This document shows positions 9,071 through 18,347 of a stretch of DNA of 64,000 bases, piece after piece. Positions within the stretch are counted from its first letter, which is position 1, and each line of letters starts with the position of its first letter. The stretch is taken from positions 246,467 through 310,466 of the forward strand of contig JBAZSB010000001.1 of the NCBI GenBank assembly GCA_041662625.1, given 5' to 3'. The notes beneath the pieces are model-generated. The model had not been told where the DNA came from. It ran no database searches and was given only the letters and a program-made list of their open reading frames with translations. The DNA is from Patescibacteria group bacterium (GTDB taxonomy: Bacteria; Patescibacteriota; Patescibacteriia; Buchananbacterales; UBA6539). A program made the position numbers and the translations under genes.

Positions 9071-11596
9071 TTAAGCGGCAGGAGCAGCGTCAGTCGGCGC
9101 TGGTGGCGCTGGATCAGGACCGGGAGCGGACTCTACTGGCGCGGGCGGCTCAACCGTAATCGCCGGCTCCGGCTCAAGGGCCGGATTTTGTTCGCTTAAT
9201 TCCGCCGGGGTATCCGGAATATTTTCCGTAGTATCAGCCGGCTGGTCGTTAGAATCGCCGGTTTCATTGCTAAAATTGTCTGCGGGATTATCAGCGGGCA
9301 GCTCAGGTTCAGTCACCAAACCGGTATGATCAGCTGGATCAGTAATAGTAGTTTCTTCTTCCGGCACGGTTGTTTCCAAAGGTGTATCAGTTGGTGGTTC
9401 AGCTACTGTTTCAGCCGCCTCCTGACCGGAATTATCACCAGTATTTCCCGAATCGGCCGGGATCTCAATGGCTGGCTCGGTATTACCGGTATCGGCCGGC
9501 GGATCAGTATTTTCCGGGGTAGTTGTTGCTTCATCTTGTGTTATTATAGGCGTTTCAAAAATCGATGGCTCTTCAATCGGGAACAACTCCATCCCTTCTG
9601 GCAGCAAGCCCAAAAATCTCAGCATTTCTATTTCTTCGGGCAAAAGCAAACCGTAATCAATGGGCGGACAAAAATCTTGGTCTGATTGATCCCAGGCCTG
9701 AACCATAAAGTTTTCCGGCCCATGGGCCACCACCTTAACTCTGGCTGTATGCGAAGGCGCATAATAACAACCGCCATTACCGTCATCAAAGCAAAGCGGC
9801 ACCCGGAAATCATAAGTTCCGCTATTATTGATTCCTCTCACGACATTACCCCAAGTGGCACCACTATCTTTGGAATACCAAAGGTCAATAGTTAAAGCGG
9901 AATCAGGGCCGTTAGGATTGGTTGCGGTCCAGCTTATATTATGGGTTCGGCCCACCCACCAAATTTCGCCGCCATTAGGCGATAAAACCGTAACTTGGGG
10001 CAAACCTAAATCGATGAAATCCGACGGCTGATCCGTATCAAGACCCAAAGGCACTCGGCCCAGCATATGGCCTTCTGTCACATCCGTGCAGCCAGGATCC
10101 CAAACGTTTAAATTGTAGTTTGGCCAATCTGAATCAGGCGCGCCCCAGTTCATCTGATCAATAATTTTGCCGGCGGGATTTTTTAAAATAAGCATGTCGG
10201 CGGTGTTGTTGAGGCTATTGCCGATTGGGCTACTTAAAACAATTCTGGTAACACCAGTGGGAATTTCCCAATAATTCCAGGTAGTATCTTGATTAGTAAT
10301 AATGGCAAAGCCGCCGGCGGGAATTAGAGTAGAATCTGGTAAAATATCGCAAGCGTTATTGTCGCAAATTTTCCAATTTGATAAATCAACAGAACCAGAG
10401 GCCGGATTATAAAGTTCAATCCACTCGTTGTCAGCTTCATCACCGTGGCTTGAATCCACATCATAATAAACTTTATTTATGGCCACATAACTCCAGTCAC
10501 CGGAGGAAACCGTATCAGCAATTGTTTCTTCATCGGTAAAACCTTGGCTTTCGTTGGTAAAATCCGTCTGCCAACCAAAAACAGTATATTTGAATTCGCA
10601 GGTTTTATTTTGCAGTGAAGAAGGCGCATCAGCTGGCAAGCCGATATCTAGCTGCCATTCATTGGTTAAAATTGAAAAGATGCTTGGCGTGTAAGTAAAA
10701 TCCAGTAAATTTCCCGAGTATACTAAAGTTCCGTTAAGGTAAGCATCAACATCAAGGGCTTGGCAAAAATCAGTGTCGCCTGATGTTTGTTCGATATTCA
10801 TCTGATATTGAAAATTCAAAAGGCCGATATTAATAATATCAATCCACCGCCCGACAGATTCGTCAGGTGTTATTTTTCGGGTTAGGCCGTCATCAAATTT
10901 GTTATTAATTTCATCAATGCAGCCATTGATAACCGACGGACTGAAAACGCTTAGTTGTCCGGCTAATATATTATTGGCTTCAGTCAAAACTTCGCCGGCC
11001 GTCATGTCTTCGCACGGACTGGCTGGTTCGTTGGCATAATAATTTTCCAGCGTGCTGGTGTTGACGCTAAAATTGGGATCATAAACGTCAAAGCCGAGGT
11101 TAAGCGTTAGGGCAACAACTTGGCCGGCCAAGACTCCGGCTTCGGTATCAGTCGGGTTTTCATGGTTTTGCGAAAATGGCGCCGGTGGTCCCCCGCTTGG
11201 CAAAAAATTTTCTATATCCGCGCTGGTTGCAAAATGGGCAGAATAGCCAAACCCCCCGCCGATAGTCAAACCAGTGGGAAAGGCCAGATCAAAATTAGCG
11301 TCGCGGTAAACGGCTGGGTTATCACCATGAGCAGAGGCTCCCCAACCGCCTTGGGTTTGGGTGCGAAAGCCGTCTGAGCGGGTAAAATCCAAAGAAAAAT
11401 CCAGGGTACTGGCGGTAAAATTACCATCTGAAGTTTCCAAATCGTTATAATAGGCAATGGTCTGACCAATTGCCGAAAGTCCGGTCCAATTAAGGCCAAA
11501 CAATAACAAAATCGCTACTACTTTTAATAATGGTTTTTTTACCAAATCAAAATTAGTTTGTTTTTTCTGGATTTTTCTTTTTCTTGATTTCCGCAT
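9071..11596 (-). CDS. Secreted 841-aa protein with camelysin/TasA-type (SipW-cognate) N-terminus, lamin-tail domain, BNR/Asp-box and an acidic Pro/Thr/Glu-rich C-terminal tail
   Basis: N-terminus ...LSAIGQTIAYYNDLETSDGNFTASTLDFSL matches the camelysin-type mature N-terminus. LTD motif EWIELYNPASGSVDLSNWKI. BNR motif SKDSGATWGN. The start overlaps the sipW-like ORF by 44 nt, so an alternative TTG/GTG start is possible. Confidence 0.7.
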   Translation of the reverse strand: MRKSRKRKIQKKQTNFDLVKKPLLKVVAILLLFGLNWTGLSAIGQTIAYYNDLETSDGNFTASTLDFSLDFTRSDGFRTQTQGGWGASAHGDNPAVYRDANFDLAFPTGLTIGGGFGYSAHFATSADIENFLPSGGPPAPFSQNHENPTDTEAGVLAGQVVALTLNLGFDVYDPNFSVNTSTLENYYANEPASPCEDMTAGEVLTEANNILAGQLSVFSPSVINGCIDEINNKFDDGLTRKITPDESVGRWIDIINIGLLNFQYQMNIEQTSGDTDFCQALDVDAYLNGTLVYSGNLLDFTYTPSIFSILTNEWQLDIGLPADAPSSLQNKTCEFKYTVFGWQTDFTNESQGFTDEETIADTVSSGDWSYVAINKVYYDVDSSHGDEADNEWIELYNPASGSVDLSNWKICDNNACDILPDSTLIPAGGFAIITNQDTTWNYWEIPTGVTRIVLSSPIGNSLNNTADMLILKNPAGKIIDQMNWGAPDSDWPNYNLNVWDPGCTDVTEGHMLGRVPLGLDTDQPSDFIDLGLPQVTVLSPNGGEIWWVGRTHNISWTATNPNGPDSALTIDLWYSKDSGATWGNVVRGINNSGTYDFRVPLCFDDGNGGCYYAPSHTARVKVVAHGPENFMVQAWDQSDQDFCPPIDYGLLLPEEIEMLRFLGLLPEGMELFPIEEPSIFETPIITQDEATTTPENTDPPADTGNTEPAIEIPADSGNTGDNSGQEAAETVAEPPTDTPLETTVPEEETTITDPADHTGLVTEPELPADNPADNFSNETGDSNDQPADTTENIPDTPAELSEQNPALEPEPAITVEPPAPVESAPGPDPAPPAPTDAAPAA

Positions 11597-12071
11597 AAAT
11601 TTTTCTGGCTTCGTCGAAAATTATAGCTAAGGCCGGCACGATGATTATTAGCAGGAATCCCAGCGGTTTTCTGGCAAAATCAACGGCATAACCGGCAAAG
11701 GGAACGGAAAACAGAACTTTGCCGTGAATCTCGGCTGGCGTAACCTCTCTGGTATCTGGCGCGTTATTAGCGTCGCCCTTGGTGATATAAATCGGCTTAC
11801 CTTCCTGAACGCGAATGTCATTAATCCGGTGGGTAATCGGCGTTTGGGTTTTACCGATTTTGCCGAAAGTAATGATGTCGCCGATCTGATAATTAGTTGC
11901 CGGCTTTACCATTACAATACTGCCGGTATGAATTGCCGGCTCCATTGAACCGGAAAGCACAGTCAGAACCTTGAAATTACCGGTCAGGGGCAAAATCGAA
12001 ATCACCAAAAGCAAGGCGATCGCCGCAATCAGCGCAATAAATATGTAATAAACAACTTTAAAGATTTTCAT
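11553..12071 (-). CDS. sipW: Signal peptidase I, ER/archaeal type (SipW class, S26B)
   Basis: N-terminal TM helix followed by VLSGSMEPAIHTGSIVMVKP (SGSMEP catalytic-Ser motif of Sec11/SipW-type SPases). Size 172 aa. Sits directly adjacent to camelysin/TasA-like genes, as in Bacillus tapA-sipW-tasA. Confidence 0.8.
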   Translation of the reverse strand: MKIFKVVYYIFIALIAAIALLLVISILPLTGNFKVLTVLSGSMEPAIHTGSIVMVKPATNYQIGDIITFGKIGKTQTPITHRINDIRVQEGKPIYITKGDANNAPDTREVTPAEIHGKVLFSVPFAGYAVDFARKPLGFLLIIIVPALAIIFDEARKIYAEIKKKKNPEKTN

Positions 12072-12095
12072 GGATTTTCATGGATTATTTTATTC

Positions 12096-14111
12096 TTACC
12101 AGCCAAAATCTGGTAAATCTGGTGGCCAATCAATTGTACAAGTCGGATAATTTAGTCCCGGCATATAGCAAATACAGCCGGTTTGACCGGTATTGGGATC
12201 ACAATATCCATACGATGAACTTGTGCAAGTAGGCAGGATTGTAGGATTATGCGCACAACCAGCTATGCCGCAAATGTCGGCTGTACAGGCGTTACTGTCA
12301 TCGCAATTATTCGGACAATTTGGATTGAGGTTGCAGCTGACTACGCCGGCGCTGCAAGTACCGCTAAATGTGCATTGTAAAGAAACTAAGCTCACATGCT
12401 GGCAAATGGTTGCCGAGCAGGAATCAGCAGTACAGCTGTTATTGTCATTACAATCGGCACTGGAAGTGCAGCCGCCCGGAGGAATTAGTGGCGCAATGCA
12501 TGCTCCAATTGCGCTGCAGGTATATCCGTTGCAACCGCCGCCTAACATACAGGTTAAATTTGAGCACGATGCGCCCACATTGGGACTTGCCTCGTAAACA
12601 CAGCCCCACATGTCTCCGCCCGCGCCGATGCAAGTCGATAATAGACAGGAATTCATCGCCTGGCTAGCGCATATATTATTACTCGGCGTATGAACGCAGC
12701 TGCCATTCACGCAAGTATCAACAGTGCAAGCTACGCCATCATTATTACAATCGTTATTACTTGTACATTCAGGCGCTGGTGGCAGACAATCGGCCGCACA
12801 GGTGGCAGTCGTTTCCGAAGGCGAGCAAGTGCCATCCGGACAGACCGGGTTACAATCTAAACTATTTAGAAAACAACCATAATCAGCGCAATCGATTTGG
12901 CCATCACCTTCATTGTCTATACCGTCATGGCAGTTAGTTTCCGGGCTGCAAACGCCATCTTCATCAGTTGCGCCATCACAGTCATTATCAAATGAATCAC
13001 AAGCTTCCACACCGTTGTTTGTCGGGGTGCAATCACTGCAATTATTATCAGTACTACCGTCGCAATCATCGTCTAAGCCATTGTCACAGATTTCAGTTCC
13101 GGCTTGATTATTTTGCGTACATTGAAGCGCCCCGCCAGTACAAGTTAAAGTTCCAGCTGAACAAACACCCGATAAGCCCGTGTTGCACACGCTTCCGCCG
13201 CCTGGATTTCCTTCATCAACAACTTGGTCGCAATCATCATCTAGGCCATTACAGACTTCTGTGGTTGGCGTGCAAGTGGGCTCGCATGCTAAATCGCTGC
13301 CGTTACAATCTTCATCAATATCATTGCCGCAGATTTCGGTTGTCGGAGAGCAGCCGCCGGTAGCGTTACAAACAAATTGGGGCAAATTTCTGGCTTGAAC
13401 CGCGGTAAAGATAATATCCGCTAGTAAACTGTCAGTTTGGATTTCATTGCCGGTGGCCAAAGGCACATTCCATTTAACGCCCAAACAATGAGTAGTGCCG
13501 CCTTGCATTGGCGCGCCTAAAGATGAATCGGCAATCGGCCAGTAACCCGCCTGGACGGTCTGGTTTTGAATTACATAAGTTTCGTCTTCATCTTTGATAT
13601 TATTACAATTATGCTCACCGGCTCCGTTATCGTTCCAAATTGTGAAAAATAAATTATTTTGCAGTTCACCTTCGCCCGCGCCGCAGGTGGAGTCAACCTT
13701 GTTTTCCGGACTGTCGCAACCGTTGTCATCTTTAACTAAATTGGCAATTTCGGCGCACATCCAGGCGTCATTATTATCCACGTGCAAGCTGATAGTGTCT
13801 TCACCACTATCCCCGGGCTTAACATCCAAAAGATTAAAATAAAGTTCACCATTCAAATCTTTGGCTGACCAGGTACAGAAACATTCCTCTTGTGTCCCCT
13901 GCCAGAAATACTTTCCTGATCCGCTCGGATCTAAAATGCAAACTTTGCCGTTGTAATGGCAGGTGTTATCAATTTGTAAATTGAATTTTCCGGCTTTAAA
14001 AGTATTTCCGACTGAGCTTTCGGTGTCGGAAAAATAGGCAATGGTTCCGCCAATGGCAATGGCAGCCACAATTGCGATGACACCGAGACTGATTACGATT
14101 TTTTTCTTCAT
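12096..14111 (-). CDS. Camelysin/TasA-like domain (Peptidase M73 family) fused to a long C-terminal Cys-rich MopE-like repeat region
   Basis: MKKKIVISLGVIAIVAAIAIGGTIAYFSDTESSVGNTFKAGKFNLQID is the SipW-cognate signal plus TasA-like N-terminus. Residues ~250-671 carry repeated C..DxDCDG..DE motifs (CGNDIDEDCNG, CNGLDDDCD, CDNGLDDDCDG, CDSFDNDCDG). Confidence 0.8.
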   Translation of the reverse strand: MKKKIVISLGVIAIVAAIAIGGTIAYFSDTESSVGNTFKAGKFNLQIDNTCHYNGKVCILDPSGSGKYFWQGTQEECFCTWSAKDLNGELYFNLLDVKPGDSGEDTISLHVDNNDAWMCAEIANLVKDDNGCDSPENKVDSTCGAGEGELQNNLFFTIWNDNGAGEHNCNNIKDEDETYVIQNQTVQAGYWPIADSSLGAPMQGGTTHCLGVKWNVPLATGNEIQTDSLLADIIFTAVQARNLPQFVCNATGGCSPTTEICGNDIDEDCNGSDLACEPTCTPTTEVCNGLDDDCDQVVDEGNPGGGSVCNTGLSGVCSAGTLTCTGGALQCTQNNQAGTEICDNGLDDDCDGSTDNNCSDCTPTNNGVEACDSFDNDCDGATDEDGVCSPETNCHDGIDNEGDGQIDCADYGCFLNSLDCNPVCPDGTCSPSETTATCAADCLPPAPECTSNNDCNNDGVACTVDTCVNGSCVHTPSNNICASQAMNSCLLSTCIGAGGDMWGCVYEASPNVGASCSNLTCMLGGGCNGYTCSAIGACIAPLIPPGGCTSSADCNDNNSCTADSCSATICQHVSLVSLQCTFSGTCSAGVVSCNLNPNCPNNCDDSNACTADICGIAGCAHNPTILPTCTSSSYGYCDPNTGQTGCICYMPGLNYPTCTIDWPPDLPDFGW

Positions 14112-14142
14112 AGATTTTTGCTGATTGAAAATTTAAATTAAA

Positions 14143-14169
14143 ATATTTGGTGGCTGCCTTAGTCTCACT
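14143..14169 (-). terminator. Hairpin (possible terminator/attenuator) between TasA-like paralogues 2 and 1
   Basis: ggctgccttag-tctca-ctagggcagcc with an A/U-rich tail on the minus strand. Confidence 0.5.
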
Positions 14170-14296
14170 AGGGCAGCCTTTACCCCCACACCAAATAAGT
14201 CTAGTGCATTTTAAACTTATTTAGTGTAGGGGAAAATCCCCTAAGCACTCCCCCTTTCACCAAAAATAATTGGTGTGGGGGTAAATATTTCAAGTA

Positions 14297-15586
14297 TTAG
14301 TAGTCTAAGTCTTGAATCGGAGGCAGAGCTACACTATCACAACTGAAGTTTTCGTTGTTTCTTTGCTGAGTGGCATACAAAACAATGTCAGCAAGCAGTT
14401 GATCTGTTTGCGCGTTGTTTTGATTACCGCTACCCGAGCATGAAATAGTTCCGTCCAAAGCAACTGTTTGAGTTCCAACACACCAGGCAATTCCCAAATT
14501 ACCAGAGCCATTTGCCAAAATCGGTAATCTGCCAATTGCTGGAAGAGTATCAAACGGCCCATTATATAGGAGTGGTGACTCTGTACCCGGTTCATATACT
14601 CCATCGCCATCATCTTCCCAAACAACTAGATTAAGGTATTGAGACAATTCTCCTGGTTCACCGGTATCTCCTGAAGCTGTTTCCGGTTCAGCTAAGCTGT
14701 TCTCTAAATTCTGCTCATTATTTACCAGCATACAAACATAAGCGTCATTGCTTTCAACATGCAGAGAAATTACATTAGTTCCCCAGTCGCCCGGTTTAAC
14801 ATCACCGAAATTCCAGAAAGTGTCGCCTAAGCCGAGATCTCTCTCACCCCAAAGCGTACAAATGCCGCCGCCTTCGAACTGGCTGGTGCAGTTAAGTTCC
14901 ATAACGCTGATATCATCCAAATATCCGCCGTAGGAATTATTGGTCCCTAAATCGGAAAACATCACTTTTGTGGCAGCATCGGTGGCAATAAAGTTATAGG
15001 TATATGCTGTCCAAACCGTATTTGAACCGCCGGCAGAAGCTGCGCCAATGGTGTCATTTACCAAAATGGTGCTGTCGCTCACGACTTTGACTATGGCGCC
15101 AATGGTGTTATCGCCAGCCGGACGATTCGGGCGGGGCGAATACCAAAAGGTCAGGCGGTACTGCTGGCCGGCAACTGTTGTTAAAGTTTGGGAAATAGCA
15201 GATGAATTATTACTGTCTAATTCCGCTAACTGGCTGCCGCCATGTGGCGCACCCGCGGCGTTGTCCTGGATTTCTAGACCCGCGCCAGATTCCACTGTCC
15301 AAGAAGTTAGGCTGGCATCAGGATAAATTGCCCAACCGCCTGATGGCACGTTTGGCGTCTCAAAGCCGCCATTTAAAATAAGATTACTGCCAGTCTCTAC
15401 ACAAATGCCCACACAATTATGGCCATTATAGGTCTGTTTGGTGTGATCGACTTTTAAGTCAATCGAACCGGCGGTAAAGGTATTACCGCTGGAAATTTCC
15501 GTGTCGCTGAAATAAGCCACGGTTGCCCCGATTGCCAAAGCGGCGACGACCGCGATGACACTCAAGCTTAGTACGATTTTCTTCAT
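14297..15586 (-). CDS. Camelysin/TasA-like protein with inserted DUF642/CBM-like beta-sandwich domain
   Basis: N-terminus MKKIVLSLSVIAVVAALAIGATVAYFSDTEISSGNTFTAGSIDLKVD. Insert contains LNGGFETPNVPSGGWAIYP...LTSWTV. The conserved TasA-like C-terminal half (ISLHVESNDAY...QTDQLLADIVLYATQQRN) is shared with the paralogues. Confidence 0.8.
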   Translation of the reverse strand: MKKIVLSLSVIAVVAALAIGATVAYFSDTEISSGNTFTAGSIDLKVDHTKQTYNGHNCVGICVETGSNLILNGGFETPNVPSGGWAIYPDASLTSWTVESGAGLEIQDNAAGAPHGGSQLAELDSNNSSAISQTLTTVAGQQYRLTFWYSPRPNRPAGDNTIGAIVKVVSDSTILVNDTIGAASAGGSNTVWTAYTYNFIATDAATKVMFSDLGTNNSYGGYLDDISVMELNCTSQFEGGGICTLWGERDLGLGDTFWNFGDVKPGDWGTNVISLHVESNDAYVCMLVNNEQNLENSLAEPETASGDTGEPGELSQYLNLVVWEDDGDGVYEPGTESPLLYNGPFDTLPAIGRLPILANGSGNLGIAWCVGTQTVALDGTISCSGSGNQNNAQTDQLLADIVLYATQQRNNENFSCDSVALPPIQDLDY

Positions 15587-15637
15587 AGTTTTTGTTGATT
15601 TATTAATTTTTAAAATAATTATTTAAAACCTTTATCG

Positions 15638-15664
15638 GTTGCCTTAGCGAGGCTAAGGCAACCT
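15638..15664 (-). terminator. Hairpin (possible terminator/attenuator) between TasA-like paralogues 3 and 2
   Basis: ggttgccttagc-gag-gctaaggcaacc perfect 12-bp stem with an A/U-rich tail on the minus strand. Shares the gccttag core with the 14143 hairpin. Confidence 0.55.
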
Positions 15665-15688
15665 AAAAGATTTCTAGTATTATCGGTT

Positions 15689-16960
15689 TTAGTTCAGTAG
15701 TAGAGTTGTGCTGGCACAACTGAAATTCTCGTTGTTTCTTTGCTGTTCTGCATAAGCGGTAAAGGAAGCAGACAGAATGTCAGTTTGGGCAATATCACCC
15801 ATACTGGAACCATCGCAAAGAATATTATTACCGCTCAAACTCTGCGTTCCGGCACACCAGGCAAAGCCAATATATTGGGTATTGGATGCCACAAGCGATA
15901 TATTACCTATTGCCGTATTGAAGGAGGCGTTTGGTCCGGTGATTACTGTTTCACCTTCGTATACGCCATTACCGTCGTCTACCCAGGCAAAAACCTTGAT
16001 AAACTGCGAAAGCTCTCCGACTACGGAATTGATATTATCACCCGCGGTAATTTCCGGATCAACAACGGTTTCTTCTACGTCAACAATGTCGCTGGTGATT
16101 AAACAAGCATAAGCGTCATTGTTGTACACGTGCAGGCTGATAAGATTCGTTCCTCGGTCACCAGGTTTGACATCGTCAAAGCTGAAGAATTTTTCATTGG
16201 TCAAATCTTTTTCGCCCCAAAGCTGACAATGAGCTTTGTAGTAGTTATCCTGGCAATTCCCGCTAATGAAGAACTTATAAATAAGTCCGCCGGGATTGTT
16301 GAACGGCGTACCGGGCGGATTTAACAAAGCCCAGTTTTTAACTTCAAAGGTGAGAACATTTGTGCCTTGCACGATATAGCTGTTGACCAATGCTCCGGGA
16401 ATATGAAGCATGTTTCCCTGCCGATAACCAAACTCCATGGTATTTTCGGCAATTAGTGTACCGTTTAGCCAAATTTTGATGCTGTTATCAGAACCGACGC
16501 CAAACCAGAGGTCAGATGAAAGAATCGGACCATACCACTCAAATGTCTTTTCAAAAGTGTAAGTGACATCCGAAGTGGTATCTTCTTGTCTGGTTGGGTC
16601 TGATTCCCAGATCCATTTAGCGCCCGCGGCTACTAAGTCGGGGTCATTTTGCGCTGTCCAGGCTGAATGGATGAAGAAAGGCGTAAGGCTGCCAACAAAC
16701 ACCGCGGGATATGGAGTAACTGAAACTCCGTTTCTTTTAACCACGATGTTGCTCGGGTTGCTTATTAAGGTGAGGTTGCAAGTATTGCAATCAACATCAT
16801 TATAAGTCTGCCGCAAGTGATCCACTTTCAAATCCATGGTGCCGGCAACTAAGATATTGCCAGCTGAAGTCTCCGTATCATTGAACAAAGCCACAGTTGC
16901 TCCAATTGCTACTGCCGCAACTATTCCGATAACACTCAAGCCGAGTATTATTCTTTTCAT
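15689..16960 (-). CDS. Camelysin/TasA-like protein with a different inserted beta-sandwich domain
   Basis: N-terminus MKRIILGLSVIGIVAAVAIGATVALFNDTETSAGNILVAGTMDLKVD. C-terminal half (ISLHVYNNDAYACL...QTDILSASFTAYAEQQRN) is paralogous to 14297..15586. Only a 27-nt gap separates it from the upstream paralogue. Confidence 0.8.
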   Translation of the reverse strand: MKRIILGLSVIGIVAAVAIGATVALFNDTETSAGNILVAGTMDLKVDHLRQTYNDVDCNTCNLTLISNPSNIVVKRNGVSVTPYPAVFVGSLTPFFIHSAWTAQNDPDLVAAGAKWIWESDPTRQEDTTSDVTYTFEKTFEWYGPILSSDLWFGVGSDNSIKIWLNGTLIAENTMEFGYRQGNMLHIPGALVNSYIVQGTNVLTFEVKNWALLNPPGTPFNNPGGLIYKFFISGNCQDNYYKAHCQLWGEKDLTNEKFFSFDDVKPGDRGTNLISLHVYNNDAYACLITSDIVDVEETVVDPEITAGDNINSVVGELSQFIKVFAWVDDGNGVYEGETVITGPNASFNTAIGNISLVASNTQYIGFAWCAGTQSLSGNNILCDGSSMGDIAQTDILSASFTAYAEQQRNNENFSCASTTLLLN

Positions 16961-16987
16961 ATCGGTTTAATGATTATTGCGGGTTAA

Positions 16988-17719
16988 TTAGGATTGGAAA
17001 GGATTTGGATTATTTCTGTACTGTTCAACTTGGAATTCCATTGTTGCACTCATGCTATCATTCTGGACTTCATTGCCAACTGTGGTTGGTAAATTCCAGG
17101 TAATCCCAAAACAGACGGTTTGATCACCTAATACAGGAGTTGGCAAGGTCCAAGTTTCACCGTTAGCATCAATGGTTCCAGCAGAAATCAATTCAACATC
17201 GCTTTCATTTAGAATGTTATCACAATTACCATCTGCAAAAACGGTAAATATGAGATTTTCTCTTAACTCACCGGACGTTAAGCCATCAGTATCTACGCTT
17301 GCTTCCGGTTCGGTAAGCGTATTGTCATTATCGGTAACATCATCAATAACTAATCTCAACCAGGCATCATTATTATTGACGTGTAAGCTTATAGTGTTTT
17401 CTCCAGAATCACCTGGCTTAAGATCGGAGAAATTAAAGAATTTCTGAACGCCTAAATCAGTTGCTGTCCAAGTGCCATCGCAAAGAGTTCCTGGTACTGG
17501 GTAAATATCAGTTCCTTGCCATACATATACCTCTTGGTCATTAAGAGCACAAACATTTCCGTTGTAATGCTGGGTACTATCAACTGTTAAATCAATTGCT
17601 CCAGCAGTAAAAGTATTACCAGCTGAAGTTTCGGTGTCGCTGAAGTAAGCAACGGTTGCGCCAATGGCAATCGCGGCCACAATGGCAATCGCGCTTACGC
17701 TAATTAGAATTTTTTTCAT
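16988..17719 (-). CDS. Camelysin/TasA-like protein, minimal 243-aa form
   Basis: MKKILISVSAIAIVAAIAIGATVAYFSDTETSAGNTFTAGAIDLTVD...ISLHVNNNDAWLRL...QNDSMSATMEFQVEQYRN. First gene of the minus-strand cluster, preceded by about 600 bp of non-coding DNA. Confidence 0.85.
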   Translation of the reverse strand: MKKILISVSAIAIVAAIAIGATVAYFSDTETSAGNTFTAGAIDLTVDSTQHYNGNVCALNDQEVYVWQGTDIYPVPGTLCDGTWTATDLGVQKFFNFSDLKPGDSGENTISLHVNNNDAWLRLVIDDVTDNDNTLTEPEASVDTDGLTSGELRENLIFTVFADGNCDNILNESDVELISAGTIDANGETWTLPTPVLGDQTVCFGITWNLPTTVGNEVQNDSMSATMEFQVEQYRNNPNPFQS

Positions 17720-18347
17720 AGTTTTTTATTATTCTTTCTTATCCCCCACCACTTTTTATTATTAAACGAAAGTAGTGAGAGAGTTTATTAAGTAACTTAC
17801 CCTATCATTTAAGACAGGGCCTTGCCCTTTTTTGATGGGGCAAGCCACTTAATCTAATCTCGGTTACGACCCGAGAACGTCGACCTTTATCCGCCTAAAT
17901 TTTGGCGGATTAATTATTTTATTAGGTAAGTTACAACTTGTTATTTAATTTCTCAAGGAACAAAAAAATCTCTACCAATCGAGCAGAGACTTAATATATA
18001 TAAATTTTTTATTGTTGAAATCTGGCAATTACAGCAATGCTTCCCAATTTGCCAATAAAGATATTCTTTTGTGCTTTTATTACCCATGTCTTAATTCTTA
18101 AATTAAAATAAAAAACCAATTTCTAACCCCCTATTTTTCACCCCCTTTGCTTTTTGAAGCTTTTATGCCCGTCTTTGGCAGGTTAAATTTGGTTTTTGGT
18201 TTTTTCTTTTTTGTCGATTTTAGCTTAATGAAAGTAAAATCTCCCCCTTAGCTTATCAAAAATATTTTTTATTAGCAATAGCTATCGAGCCTGATTTATC
18301 CACACTTTAAAAACTATTTGGTCACCCTAATTTTTAAAACAAAACTA

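Noticed and set aside
9071-11596. Sialidase/neuraminidase call for the 841-aa protein based on the BNR motif
   Set aside because: Only a single Asp-box was seen and no RIP/FRIP or catalytic residues. One BNR motif is insufficient for an enzyme assignment.
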